From assembly GCA_964016885.1 (NCBI GenBank), contig OZ024740.1:187426001-187490000 (forward strand): a stretch of 64,000 bases of DNA, given 5' to 3'. The translations under genes were made by a program, and so were the position numbers. The DNA is from Eledone cirrhosa (Eukaryota). The stretch's first letter is position 1. Every line of letters begins with the position of its first letter. Of the stretch, positions 30,321-43,690 are shown one piece after another. The notes below the pieces were generated by a model. It worked only from the letters and a program-made list of their open reading frames with translations. It did not search any database and was not told the DNA's origin.

Positions 30321-30804
30321 ATATATATATGCATATATCATCATCATCATCTTATACATACATAAACACACAAATACACACACATATATATGCCTGTATT
30401 CTCAAGAAAGCTAGTAATATACTTATGTTTTCTGATGATTTCTTACAAATAAAACAGTTCTCATCTTGTAGAAGTCATTTCTATAATAAAATAAATATGC
30501 TTATACACAACTAACATCATATTGAGTACCTTTTTTCAGTGGTCACCTCCCAATATACAAGAGGAATCCACCTTTATATATATTGTTATACTTTGGGAGG
30601 CTCACGCTTCCAATAAAAAAAAAATCACACTCCTGTTGGATTTCACTTCCATTTATTATTATAATTTCCCAATCAGTTAGTTTAATAACTGAATGATTGT
30701 TTAGTTATTTATTGCCATCAAAGCTCTTATGTCACATATTCTGTGACCTCCTTAGTGACTTATTTTGTCTCTCATTTGTTCTGTCTTACATTTTGTAACA
30801 AAGT

Positions 30805-31022
30805 TGACTTAGTGGCTAGGGATTCTGATTAAAAATTATGAGACTGTGTGTTTGATTCCTTGGCTTGGCAATGTGTTGTGTCCTTGTGCTAGACATTTTA
30901 TTTCATGTTGCTGCTTGATTCAAGAGTTGTGACCCACAATATCAACAATTGGAAAGGTTAATGGTCCAATCTGATGAGTTCCATTTCATTCAGTAAGCGA
31001 ATGAGGTTTGGGATCTTGTCAA
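30805..31022 (+). mobile_element. SINE family C, degenerate
   Basis: gacttagtggctagg...tttgattcc...tgtgttgtgtccttgtgctagacattttatttcatg...ggtccaatctgatgagttcc...gggatcttgtc. Confidence 0.65.
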
Positions 31023-31603
31023 ATTGGGTAAAAAATAATTCAGATGGATAGCTCATTTGATTGAACATCTAGAAAACTCCTCATTGAAACCGATGGAGAA
31101 TCTATTATCATTGTAAAGAGATAATAGTTGTCATATTAGTGAAGTGAAGAAATTGAAACACAAAGGGACATATTTTAGATATCACATTTAAACATGAAGA
31201 ACACAACACATTGTTTAATGTAGCATCATATTTCCCAAGTGGTCAAAATATTGACAGTATACAGTAATAATCTGGGAATTGAATTCTGGTTAGACTGCTG
31301 GTGCTGGGGCATTGATTGTGTTCTACAGATTCATTCAATACTTGTCTACTTAAGTAATATCATTCAGAAAGCAAAGCAAAAAACGAAATGGGAAAAATAA
31401 ATAATGAAAACACTTATTTAATGCACAGTAATGGTTCATGCTTGCCCAGGCATTTTTATTAAACACAATGTAAAGAAGTTGTATAAATGCTGTATGTGTA
31501 TGTTCATGAATCTGTGTGTGTGTGTGTATATCTGAAAACAAGCATATGCACATACACAGACATGTATATATCTACATAAATATGTGTAAATGTATATATA
31601 TAA

Positions 31604-31679
<76 letters not shown>

Positions 31680-32324
31680 ATATGATATATGTACATGTAT
31701 CCAAATCATGTATATGTTGTATGTATGTGTATTTGTTTACATATGTTATTATGCATGTGTGATATCTGTCTTCTTTACCAACACACCAAAACCAGCCATT
31801 TGAAGGGATTTACTTATAACACAATACACAATACATCCCTATTTATCACAGTGATACATAATACACAATACATCACTTTGCATTGCTTTACTATCTCTAG
31901 GGTCTAACTGACTCCAAGCATATGTTTGTCCATGGTGATGCCACACCCCATAAACCTTACACATCTTCATGAGAGCCATAAAATAATTACAATCAGCTAA
32001 TCCTTCTTGTTCATGATATAGCAAATACATTCTACATTGACTATCATAGTACTTATATATTTGAAGCTCACACATTCAATATAGAATTCCATTGTAGTCA
32101 TATATTTGAAGCAGATAAGTTACCATCCACGACATACACTAACACGCACACACAGTCTAGTATTGTTGACAGAAAAGATCTTGTGATTAAAAGTCAGTTA
32201 AGCTCTATTATTCGTTTATCATTGCATTGTGGCTGTGTCTTGTATTTGTCCTTACTACAGCTACTACAACTTTGATCTTGCCTCTACTTTAAATACACAT
32301 AATACAAAAAAATGTCTAAAATCT

Positions 32325-32630
32325 GCTTCGAGCCCAGAAGTCCATCAGGCCAGATGGACTTTCGGGCACAAGGCAGATTTTAATTGTTGGTCCTGGTTTC
32401 CTTAGTGTTAAGCGACTGAGGGTACAAGACTCCTGCTGGACAGAATGACAGTCGAGTGCAGGGTTCAGCCCCTAGTTATTGCTGGTACTCATTTTCAGCT
32501 GGGTATACTGGAGCAATGTGAAATGAAGTGTTTTGCTCAAGAACGCAACAGACAACCCAGTCCAAGAATCAAAGCCATCACATTATGATAGTAAGTCCAA
32601 CACTCTTGCCACCACACCATGCACTTCCAC
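32325..32630 (-). mobile_element. SINE family B
   Basis: Collinear with 14893-15152 and 59137-59430. Confidence 0.8.
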
Positions 32631-32884
32631 ACATAATACAGACACCTTTCATATTACTATCTTTCATATGTCATACTAAACTTCTGTCCCTCTGCTTCCT
32701 CCCAACTGTCTCTGCATTTTATCAGTGATTTCCTACTTACAACTAAACATCAAACAACAACTATAAAATAAGTATGCTATATGGATGCATATGGTTAGTT
32801 CAGGTTAGGCTTCTGCCAGCTACTGGTGCCATGTAACCTGGTACGACTTGCTTCATGGTTGAGTGGTCAGTGACAAAACCATCT

Positions 32885-33060
32885 ACCCCATCAGGGTTGG
32901 TGAGGCTATTTAATCCATAGATGGAATGGATGGCCGTTGACTCTGAGGAGTTCATCCACCCTTTCAACAGCTCTTGTTTTTTGTGCTGCTGAGGTTCCAC
33001 ACACCCTTCTCACGAGACCAGGATCTAGTGTGGGATCATGAAGCAGATTGTACTTGCCAT
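32885..33060. repeat. Unclassified dispersed repeat, copy 1
   Basis: ggttggtgaggctattt...ttgactctgaggagt...tttttgtgctgctgaggttccac...catgaagcagattgtact aligns to 49748-49930. Confidence 0.75.
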
Positions 33061-33339
33061 TTAAACTCGCTAAGAATGTAGCTTCTAATTTGAATGGAAA
33101 GAGATGGGTGATGTGTTGGTGTAATGGTAGCACAGTGGTCGCGATAACCAAAGATATGGGTTTGACTCCCATGTACGTCAATACTCATCTTTTTCCATTT
33201 ATCTGAGGGTTCTAAACCCCATTATCAGGCTAAAATTCCTTTAGTCAAAAATACGGTAAAAGCTATTCTATTTTCTAATTTCAAACCTGCTCACTGTTTC
33301 GAAACATACTTACTTGCGATATATATATATATATATATG

Positions 33340-33399
<60 letters not shown>

Positions 33400-34701
33400 C
33401 ACACATATATATCTTCCTCCACCCCACATGTTATTGCCCCTCGCTACTCACACAGAGTAGAGAAGAATCTTCAGTCAATTACACTACGTAAAATGGTTGG
33501 TGTTAGGAAAGGCATCCTGGCAGAGAAGCCATGTCAGAAAGGATTGAGAAGACCCTCAATCATGACATGACTACCTCTCTAGTGCTAGAGCCATGATGAA
33601 TGCTACCAGTACACCATGCACCTGTAAAAACCAAGCCCTAAATGTTGAGACAAAATTTCAGATTTTTGTCAAGAGTATGACAACCATTCTACTTTTGGTG
33701 ACATAGTAACATGCACCCAGAACCCCCTGAAAACGCATCCAGTCACAGAAAACATTCCAAACAAAAAATCAAGAGGACTCTTCAGTTGTGTCAAAGAGAT
33801 GATGGCCTCTCTAGTGCTGGTGCCATGATAAAATGCATGGTGCCCTCTGTAGTGTGTGGGAACATATGCAAATGAGATGCAGCTCTCAACCCATCTGAGT
33901 GGTCACCAATGAAGACTTGGTCTATGATGATCTCTCTAACCCTTGTTAACAGTAGAAACAGATGTTAAATGATAATGCTACTGCTGCTGATGATGATGTT
34001 TATTATATTCAGTTGTTAGCCTCAGATCAAACCTGTTGTGACATTTCCATCATATTCAAATGATGATGATGTTTGTCACATTCAGCTGTTAGCCTCAGAT
34101 TAAGCCTGCTATGACAGCCACATCATCTTCATTGTAATTATAATTTTTCAGACATATTAACTTCCGCAATAGACATGAAAAACTTATTTGGCACCTGCTT
34201 TTCATTAGCTGTGTTATTCCTAGATGTTTACACAATTCTAGATTGGATTTTAAAAAAATGAAGTAATAACCTGTAGTTCTAAACTAAGAGTAAAAATGTT
34301 CATATTCACAGTACTATATACATATTCAGAAATACAGCGTCTGATGAGAATCAGAGATTAAACCTATAGAAATGTAGTGTAGATGTAAATATTTTAGAAA
34401 AAGTATAAATGTTTTATCTCAAAAATGCAATTAATGCACAAAAAAATGATATATAATCTTATTAATAAGATCTCATCTCAGACATTAGAACATTTGGAAA
34501 GTTTTTATTTAAGTTTCATATATAGTTATGATTATGATGATGATTTATCAAGTCTAAAATGTACTTGAAATCCTTTATTTACATTATCCCGAATGTAAAT
34601 AAATTAAAGTATTTCAAGTGCATTTTCGACATAATTTTTTCTAGATTTCTATTGTCTTCAGCTTCTTTTTCTACACACACACACACATTTATACTTGCAT
34701 A

Positions 34702-34827
<126 letters not shown>

Positions 34828-34850
34828 ACACATACAGGCATTTATACATG

Positions 34851-34882
<32 letters not shown>

Positions 34883-34908
34883 CTCATATATACAGGTATT
34901 TATACATG

Positions 34909-34954
<46 letters not shown>

Positions 34955-35479
34955 CACGCATACATTTATATATGTAAAAATAAATAAATAAATAAATATA
35001 TATATATATACACATGCATATATATATATATACTTTATTTTAAATCCAATGCCAATACCAACAATTTGTTTCTTGCCTTTGCATCTGTTATCAATTTCTA
35101 TTCATAACTTTACAAGATGTTTACTTTCAGTTTATATATTTTCCTTTTGTTATAAAGCTCTTAGTTATATTCTTTTGATATGTATTCCTTCCAGATATCC
35201 TTCATAATGTATTAATGGATTTAATTGTACATATGTTATGTTTGCTTATTCACAGTCACAACTAAGCTTCTCAAAATCCCAACAAATTTTTACATCTTAT
35301 CCCCCCAAAACATCCTCCTATCTCGAATTCTTTAACATGTTTTCTTCTTCACTGCCTTTTCAATATCATGTGTAAATATGTTTCAAAGACATTTAAAAGA
35401 ACTTACTCTTATTTTTCTCTCTCACTGACAATCTAAAAATGCTTTATATATATACATATAAAGAAATCATCAGGAAAGC

Positions 35480-35514
<35 letters not shown>

Positions 35515-35715
35515 GGAGGTGAGTTTTATTGTAGTACAATAAAGCAATGCAGATATCGGATAAGAAGTACTCTACAGTTTGTAGGACTGGAGTATACATA
35601 ATATATATGATCAAAAGGTTAAAAACACTTGTGGATAGTGCATTTTTAAATCAACATATGTTGATTTAAAACTGCACTATCCACAAGTGTTTTTAACCTT
35701 CATATCATATCCTCC

Positions 35716-35786
35716 TATTTTATCTGATGAAAACACAAATGTTATTGCATGATGATATTTGTTTTTGAAATGCGCATAATAAAATA
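35716..35786 (+). ncRNA. Type I hammerhead ribozyme motif (Penelope/retrozyme-like)
   Basis: Helix I tattttat/ataaaata (8 bp), CTGATGA at 35724-35730, helix II of about 15 bp with GCAT loop, GAAA at 35767-35770, palindromic helix III TGCGCA, UH = TA. Confidence 0.8.
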
Positions 35787-35845
35787 CATGGAACTCATTT
35801 AACCATCTTTTGATCTTATATATATATATATATATATATATCACA

Positions 35846-35967
35846 TTTAATATAGAAATGGCTTCTACAGAACCAGAACTGTTTCATTCAAAAGAAATCA
35901 TTAGCAAAGCTACTTTTTGATATCTTTTTAATGTAACAATTCTAGTAGAAACCATTTCTATATTAAA
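35846..35967. mobile_element. MITE-like element with about 27-bp TIRs
   Basis: tttaatatagaaatggcttctacagaa versus ttctagtagaaaccatttctatattaaa; a related left end occurs at 29627-29663. Confidence 0.65.
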
Positions 35968-36067
35968 CTTGATGTTTACACTCTACTAATGTATTGATTA
36001 TCTTACTAACTGTGGTTACCCCTTATTGAACACAGAACTCACACACACACACACACAGATTTATATA

Positions 36068-36412
36068 TCATCATCATCATCATTTTATTTTACGTCCGCT
36101 TTTTCCCTACTTGCAAGGGTGGGACGGGAACTGATTCTGGCTTGATTTCTACAGCTGGATGCCCTTCCTAACACCAACCTCATTTACAGTGAGTGCTGGG
36201 TGCTTTTTTGCCGTGGCACCTCCACGTCCACTTTGCAGTGGAATGATATGGACCCCAGTCCTTATCATCTCATTTCTACAGCTGAGTAAACTGGAGCAAT
36301 GTGAAATAAAGTGTCTTGCTCAAGGAAACAACACATCACCCGGTCTGAGAATTGAACTCACAACCTTTCGATTGCAAGGCCAATGCTCTAACCACTAAGC
36401 CATGTGCCTCCA
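36068..36412 (-). mobile_element. Full-length SINE family D (tRNA head + CORE-like + RTE-derived body and tail)
   Basis: ggaggcacatggcttagtggttagagc...gagttcaattc...ccttgagcaagacactt...ggttggtgttaggaagggcatccagctgtagaaa...ggacgtaaa...(GAT)n. Confidence 0.85.
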
Positions 36413-36482
36413 TTATGTTAGGCACAAGGCCAGCAATTATCCAGTACATTACTGGTACTTTATTTTATCGACCCCGTAAGGA

Positions 36483-36550
<68 letters not shown>

Positions 36551-36671
36551 AAGGTTGCAATAAATGCGTCCATAGGTGGTATGCCGTTTGAGTACTCGAT
36601 GCTCACGCGGAGCAGAGTATATTATAGATGCATATTATAGATATTAGTGATGCATTGAAACACAATTTATT

Positions 36672-36765
36672 AACATATTACATATGTTTCTCCGATGATC
36701 AGCTCAAGGCAGGATCTATTATAAACCGAACCTGACTCTCAATTCGCAAGGTCCTCAGATATGTT
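36672..36765 (-). ncRNA. Type I hammerhead ribozyme motif
   Basis: Minus strand: aacatat CTGAGGA [about 60-nt helix II region, cc/gg base] GAAA CATATG TA atatgtt, then aataaa; helix I is 7 bp perfect, cleavage triplet GUA. Confidence 0.7.
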
Positions 36766-36984
36766 TATTGTTTTCAAGGCATTTCTTCATGAAGCACACT
36801 GAGAACACCCAGCACACACTGTAAATCTGGTTGGCATTAGGAAGGGCATCCAGCTGTAGAAACCTAGACAGAAACAGTTCTATATAAGCAAGATACGGTC
36901 ACCTGACCCAATCTGCTTCTAATGGGACAACCTCTCTAACCCATACTAACATAGAAAATGGACCTTAAACGATGATGATGATAT

Positions 36985-37562
36985 ATGATTTGGTCCTTAT
37001 AGCCGAATCCATAAAAGAACTAGAAAATATGTTCTGACTATGGAAACGGAATTCGGAATGAAAGTTTCTGAGAGTAAACTTTGCCAAAACTAAAGTGCTA
37101 GTGATAGAACCCTGATTTCATCAGGGAATTTGCCTGGTTAAATGTGTAGAAAAGAAGTAGGCATAAACTCCTTACTACGTGCACAATGTAAATGTTGGTT
37201 ACACAAGAGATGTAGTGGGATAATGGGTAGACTTACAGAGATGGAAGACTTTGTATGTAGACGATGCACAGGGTTAATGAAGGAGAAGAGCATCAGTGAT
37301 ATAAACGTTTTTAATTCAGAGGAGCGGTCCATAGAAGTGGTTGATAGATTCTGCTATCTAGGTGACTTAATTATTAGCAGAGAAGGGTGCTTTGAGAGCA
37401 AAAAATCTAGAATAAAGATACGATGGAATAAAGATACGATACAAACTTTAGTGAGTTACTCCCACTGATGAATACAAAAGGTTTCTCCCTACACAAAAAT
37501 GGACGACTATATGATGTTTGCATGCTATGTGCAATACTTCATGTTAGTGAAACATGGGCTGT
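36985..37562 (+). mobile_element. Decayed RTE LINE fragment (RT end, PHD-like finger, thumb)
   Basis: DLVLIAESIKELE...RVNFAKTKVLV...CRKEVGINS...CKCWLHKRCSGI...FVCRRC...IEVVDRFCYLGD...SETWA; same family as 55955-57706. Confidence 0.9.
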
Positions 37563-39202
37563 ATATTTTGGTGGGAGAAGTTAATCAATTGAATTACCCC
37601 CAGTATATGATTGATTAGCACTATATGTTATTGACTTTAAAGGGCAACCTCAACAAGAATTGAAATCGTTACATAAAGAGACACAACTAAATCCTTTAAA
37701 GTAGTTTGTCTGATCTGCTAAACAATTTCGCCAATCCACAGAATAATAACAATCATTATAATTACAGTTATTACAAATTTTCTTATTAATATCATTGTTT
37801 ATATTATCTTCTTATCATTAAAAATATGTTTCTTTTTGCGTCTTCATTTCTATTTGCATTGAAAGGTAATGAAAAATTAATTAATAATTTTATTTGTTGT
37901 GTATATATGTGTATATATGTGTATATATGCTGGTGTTGTTGTTTTTTTATATGTCAGAAAATACTTTATTTCATTAGTGAAGTTAATAGTGGTGTGGTTT
38001 CAAAACTGATTTATTTAAAGTAAGGCCAAGCTGAAATGCCATAAAGACATTGCAGAATGTCAAATATTTTAGTCTTTAAATAGCCAATTTGGCACTTTTA
38101 AGTCATTAGATATCATTAGAATTTATTGCCTGTTGCCCTTTCGTAACTGGGAACTTATATTAACAAAATAAACCTTGATAAACTATTAAACAGATGATGT
38201 GATAATGTAGAAAAGACAAATGTGAGAAAACTAATTGATTTTTAAAAAACAATTAAATAAATTACAAAGAAAAATAAGACAAAAAAGAATGTTTCCACTG
38301 TGCATATATTATAACAACGAATAATTGTTCTCTAAGACAATTACATTCTGGTTTTGAAACTGTTCATCAGTTTCCAATCATAGTATGTGAATAAAGCAAT
38401 GAAGTAGATGATGTTGGAAAATGAGATTTTGCTAATGCTTAGACAAGATATCTGCATAATAAACCCCCTGCATAAATCAGTAAGCAACAGCTGTTAGAAT
38501 TTTCACACTGTTTTACTTGCAAATTTAGAAATTATTTGCCTTAAAATTAGCAACCTTAAATGTTACTACTGCAGCAGTAACTGGTCCTATAATTATCATA
38601 TCTGTTGCTGGTATATTTATATCTCAGTTCATTTCAAAACTGCCATTTTGTTTATTTCTTCATTCATTCAATCATCATCAGAGCTATATCTATTATCGTC
38701 CCCATTGTCATTTCTTTTTTACTATCAGCATCATGATTAGTATTATCAATAGTATCAATAGTATCATGATAACCATAGTCACCATTATCATCATCAGTAA
38801 CATATTTATTGTTATTTTCATGAAAAACATCACCTTAATCATCATTATCATAACAATTGTCAACATGACCATATTCATCACAATAACTGTCACCATCAGA
38901 ATACTCATTACTATATGTGATACTATGACTATAGATTCACTTTATAGCAATTAAAATATACATAGACTGTAAATATTGACATACACAATAAAAAGATTAG
39001 TTCACAAAATTATACACATCTATTGAAATATGTATATAACTATATATCTATATGCATAAACATTGACAGACATATATATCATCTCCTTTTTTATATCCAT
39101 TTTTTCCAGGTTGGCATGGATTGTATAGGGCATTTTGATGTAGTGGTTTAAGGCCAGATTCTGTTTCAGAGACTAACCTCTTATAAATATAAATATTATT
39201 CA

Positions 39203-39470
39203 GTCGATTGATTGACAAGATCTGACCTGATATGCTTACCGAGTTGAGTGGAACTCATGAAATTGGACCAAGGAAACAATGTTTCCATTAGTTTTTTCAA
39301 TTATTGATATTATCTGCAGGTCACATCCCTGGCAGAAGGAGCAATATGAAATAACGTGTCTTGCTCAAGGACATATATAATGAATGCATCACCCAGTCCA
39401 GGAATCAAACTTAACTTGCAATCTCATGATTGCAAATCTAATTCTTTGACCACTAATCCACACACTTTCA
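39203..39470 (-). mobile_element. SINE family C
   Basis: Head, CORE-like domain and tail ending gatcttgtcaatcaatc on the minus strand. Confidence 0.8.
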
Positions 39471-42400
39471 CAAAAATATAAATATATAAGCCACTTCCAA
39501 TTCCAAAATTGCATTCCAACGTTTGAGGGAAATTATACCCTTGATAAAACCACTCTAGTTTATTTCAATGTCTCGCATTTACACACAAAGAACAAAATCA
39601 CAAACAATTTGTATGCAGAAGAAAGAGGGACCATTTACAAAGTGCATCTCTAAAGGACCACGGAATACTCTGTTTATCCTGGATGAAACCATGAGGTTGT
39701 GCGTTTGATTCCTGGATTGGGCAATGCATTATGTTTTTGAGCAATACAATTTATTTAATGCTGCTCCTTTCGCTAGGAATTGTGACCAGTAGATAATACC
39801 AGCAATTGAAAACCCCAATGAATATGCTAACTTTTATTATGCTGAATTATACAGCTAAATTCTATTTTAGTTTTATCAGTGTTATATCCCTTACACTGAT
39901 GTTGGTATATTACATTAGCTCAAATCAAATTTGTAATCATTAAGGATGTCTGTATTTCTCGATTGTTCTCAGAGTGATCATAATTAAAGCTTAAACCTCT
40001 CTAACAGTTAGTTGAGATGACAGTAAACAGCTTTCATCTCTAATGGTAACAAGCAGCTGAATTATTAAATAAAATGAAAAAGCAAAGATAATAATATTTT
40101 AATGATGTAATACAAGATAAATATGTTCTCTCGTTTAACCATTGAATAATAGAAACAAGTTTATTTAGATTAAATCAAATGTCTGTTGAAAACAGAGTAA
40201 GTCTAGAGATGACAATACACAAGAGAGCAAACTTTGTGTCTTTCCTTGTTGGTTATATATCACACACTCAGTTACCATACCCAATAACTCATTGGTGGTT
40301 GCTTAATGAACCAACAGGAAAAAAAATGTTTTCCCAAAAAAGAGGATATTTAGTTATCTTAAATTACATCTGTCTTTTCTAAGCAATTATTCCAACATCT
40401 GTTAGATTCCAACTATTTTAAGATCCCAGACAATACTCATCTGATTCAAAAATATCTGCTGGCATTATAAACAAAGGCAAAAAGCAACAACAACAAAAAT
40501 AAAACAAGCCAAACCGTTATCTCTTTTTTTTTCTCAGTTTAATCTTGCTTTATTCAAAACTGTCACCATCTTGGAGGGAACTAATGACTAAATTTAGATA
40601 ATCTTGTCTATTTCCTGTTTCATGTATGAATGTTTCTTTTTTTGTCTTTTCTTGTTTTAGCTCTTAGAACAGAGTTCCTTTCTCCACAAAAATCAAATAA
40701 TTTACAATAAGGTTGTATTTTTGCTGACTTATTGTTCTAAAAATTAAAAAGATGAAAATGAGAAGAAAAGCAGGGAGTTTAGGAAAGGAAATTTTTGTAA
40801 CATGTCACATAGAATATATATAAATGGATAAATTAGTGGCAACTTTTATTATATTTTTAGCAACAATCTCATTTAAACTCATTCAGTTTTTTGTTATAAA
40901 GAGGTCATTTTTAAATGTCAAATCTATTATAAGTATATTAAAAAAATATAGCTGACATTATTCTTTTAAGAAACAATGAAATCATCTACAGTTAATATAA
41001 TAGAGTTGCAGAATAAATGAAATATCTAAGGAATTCCAAATTACTTTTCACCAAACAATAGTAAAAAGCTACTCTCATGTAAATGTATTCTTCTTTGTAT
41101 TCTGCTATGATTAGGTTATTTTTAAATGTCAAATTTGTTATTATAAGTAACAACAAAGTACTTTAGAATATTATTTATCTAACTAAAAAAACACCTTTCA
41201 AAACTATGAATGTCATTGGGGGCCAGAGGTTTATGTTGATTTTACACAAGAAATTAAATCAGAAGTAAAATTTTGCATGGGTAGATAATAGGCTCATACA
41301 ACTGCAACCTGTTATATTTGAATCTAAGCTGTATATATCTCTATATATACAGGAGATCTTATAGTTGTATAAGATCTCCTGTATATATTTGAATCTAAGC
41401 TGCAACTTTTTCTGTGAAAATACAATAGGAAAAATCAGATTGCAACTTATCTAGTGGACCTACAAAATCTCATTTCAAAGTATATGGTATATAGTAAATT
41501 TTGTATATAAAATAGAGGTGAATTATATATGAGTATATACAGCATACTCTGGCTAGATAAACTGAAGCGATGTTGGAGCTACATATTTTGTACGGAATTG
41601 TAATGAAATGCAAGCAGCAGAGAATCATTCTTAACCTTTGTGCTGGAACTCCAATTATCTATTCAGCTATTTTGCCTCTACTTATTATAGGATAATAAAT
41701 AACAGATATAAAAGTAACCCCTTTGTTAATTAAGATTGTATACAATAGTAGAGTAGAGTATCAATCGTCTAGTTTACAGAAATCACAGGGCTGACATTAT
41801 TCCTTTAAGAAACAATAAAATTAAATTTAGTTTAACATAACGTAACAGAGTAGCAGTCTAAATCATGTATCTGAAGAATTCTGATTTACTTGCAGCCAAA
41901 CAGAAGCAAAAAGGCAGTATCTGCTGGCTGTTTATCTAAATTGTCAAGAAAGTATACTATTAACTTAGTTTCTGTCATATAAAAGTTGTGTTTCTTTGAA
42001 TATGTAATAATAAAAGAAAACTTGCAAATTTATGATATAACGAATTATTTAGGTATTTTCAGCCTACACTAAGTTAATAATCAGATAAATTCTTGTGATT
42101 TATGGAATTATTAAATGTATAAGAGATAGAAAAGGATTTCTTTGAAAGTTATCCAAAGTTTCCATTACACTTTTGGAATAATCTTGGCCAGATCACATAT
42201 GGGGTCTATTCAACATAAATATATCAAATAATTGGCAAACTATGACATCTTCTATACCTATCAGTAAAGATTTTCATGATACTGTTTAAGCTTAGGATAA
42301 TCGGAATAAGAAAATCTTGCTGTATTATCTGTAAGTCATTAGTGATCATATAAGAATCACGATAAGATATTATCACATGTGTACTGGTTGTATAAAGTTA

Positions 42401-43264
42401 AATGTAATATATAGTTTGCAAGTCACAGAGTTCTTAAGAATTTCAAATTTTTCAAAGTTAAGCAAGCAACCCTATAAATAATATGACACACACTCTTTTT
42501 CCTCAGTAAACATTTTAACAAAATATTTGTTAGACACTCTTCTACATTCATTCATACATATGTAGGAATATCAACATTGATATACAATTATTTTTAGATT
42601 TATAATTATGGGGGTAATAAATAGAATGATTCAATGTCTGTGTGTACATTCATATTTATTTCTCTAAGAATTCAAACATACTTATTGAAAGTTAAATTTT
42701 TAGGTCTTTTCCTCCAAAGAGTAAGATATATTTTATTACAGCATTTGGGAACAATAACCACATTGGACATATGATCTATAAAAGGATCAAATAGATCAGA
42801 CAATTAAAGGTGAAAGCAATATGAAATATTTGTGCATTCATCTTTTCAAAGCTTATAATCTATCCACTGAGATGTTTTCACTTACAAGGCATTGTTTAGC
42901 TTAAGAACACACACGAAGATACTTGTCCAAGATATCAGAAAGCAAGATTGAACCCCCAAAAAAGAAGCCTACAAAGCACAATTCTTAACCAAACAGTCTA
43001 TGTTGTTAAAAAAATGCTTTTGCACTATGCACCATCAAATAAATTACTGATATCAAATATAACCATTCAACTTATATATTTTCCAACTCTACTAATATAG
43101 GGGCAAATCATACAGATCCCTTGATAGGCTTCATACTTATCCTGCAGTCCTTTTTGAGGTAATGATTTATGGCAAGAACAACTTCAGTCACCTAAAAGGG
43201 TCTTGACAGGGCTATGACAATAAGGGTGCTGTGTGAGCAATCTTTCCTAGAAAGCACATTGGTC

Positions 43265-43690
43265 ATCATCAACATTATCATTGTCTGGTTTAACATCTTC
43301 TTTACTTGTCATAAGCGTTGGATGTTTTTGTAGCCTCTTTCAAAGCATCTTTCCAGAATGTTCGTTCAAGAGATAGGTTTTGGTTCCAGGCTTTCAGATC
43401 ATCACTGATTACCTTTTCCCAGGTCTTACATAGGTGCTATATCTTTCCATTCTACCAGGACCCACCATCTTGATTCTTTGATATATCCATCCACCACTAC
43501 TGTTCATATATCCAAACCAATGCAGTCTGCATGATCTTAAGACATATTTGTGTGCTAGTATCTTTTATTTTTGGTAGAGGGATGCCATGTTAACTCTGTC
43601 TGAGATTTTGCACCTCATATTCAGTGAAGCATGACATTTTTGTTTCTCACCAGTTGCAATTTGTCCTCAATCTTAGAGGCCATATACTCA
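43265..43690 (-). mobile_element. Decayed RTE LINE 3' end
   Basis: Minus-strand fragments LRSCRLHWFGY and KTWEKVISDDLKAWNQ...WKDAL, followed by an RTE-like tail. Confidence 0.65.

Noticed and set aside
30963-31020. CTGA(T/C)GAG in the SINE C tail as a possible ribozyme core
   Set aside because: Followed by GAAT rather than GAAA, and helices I and III are not formed consistently across copies.
34335-34390. CTGATGA...GAAA hammerhead-like string (similar at 10150-10200, 20099-20150, 51923-51950)
   Set aside because: Helix I and/or helix II cannot be paired; chance matches or too decayed to call.
40661-40711. 51-nt open micro-exon after a strong polypyrimidine-AG
   Set aside because: Donor GTTGTA is poor and the peptide is unrecognisable; such acceptors are common in T-rich DNA.
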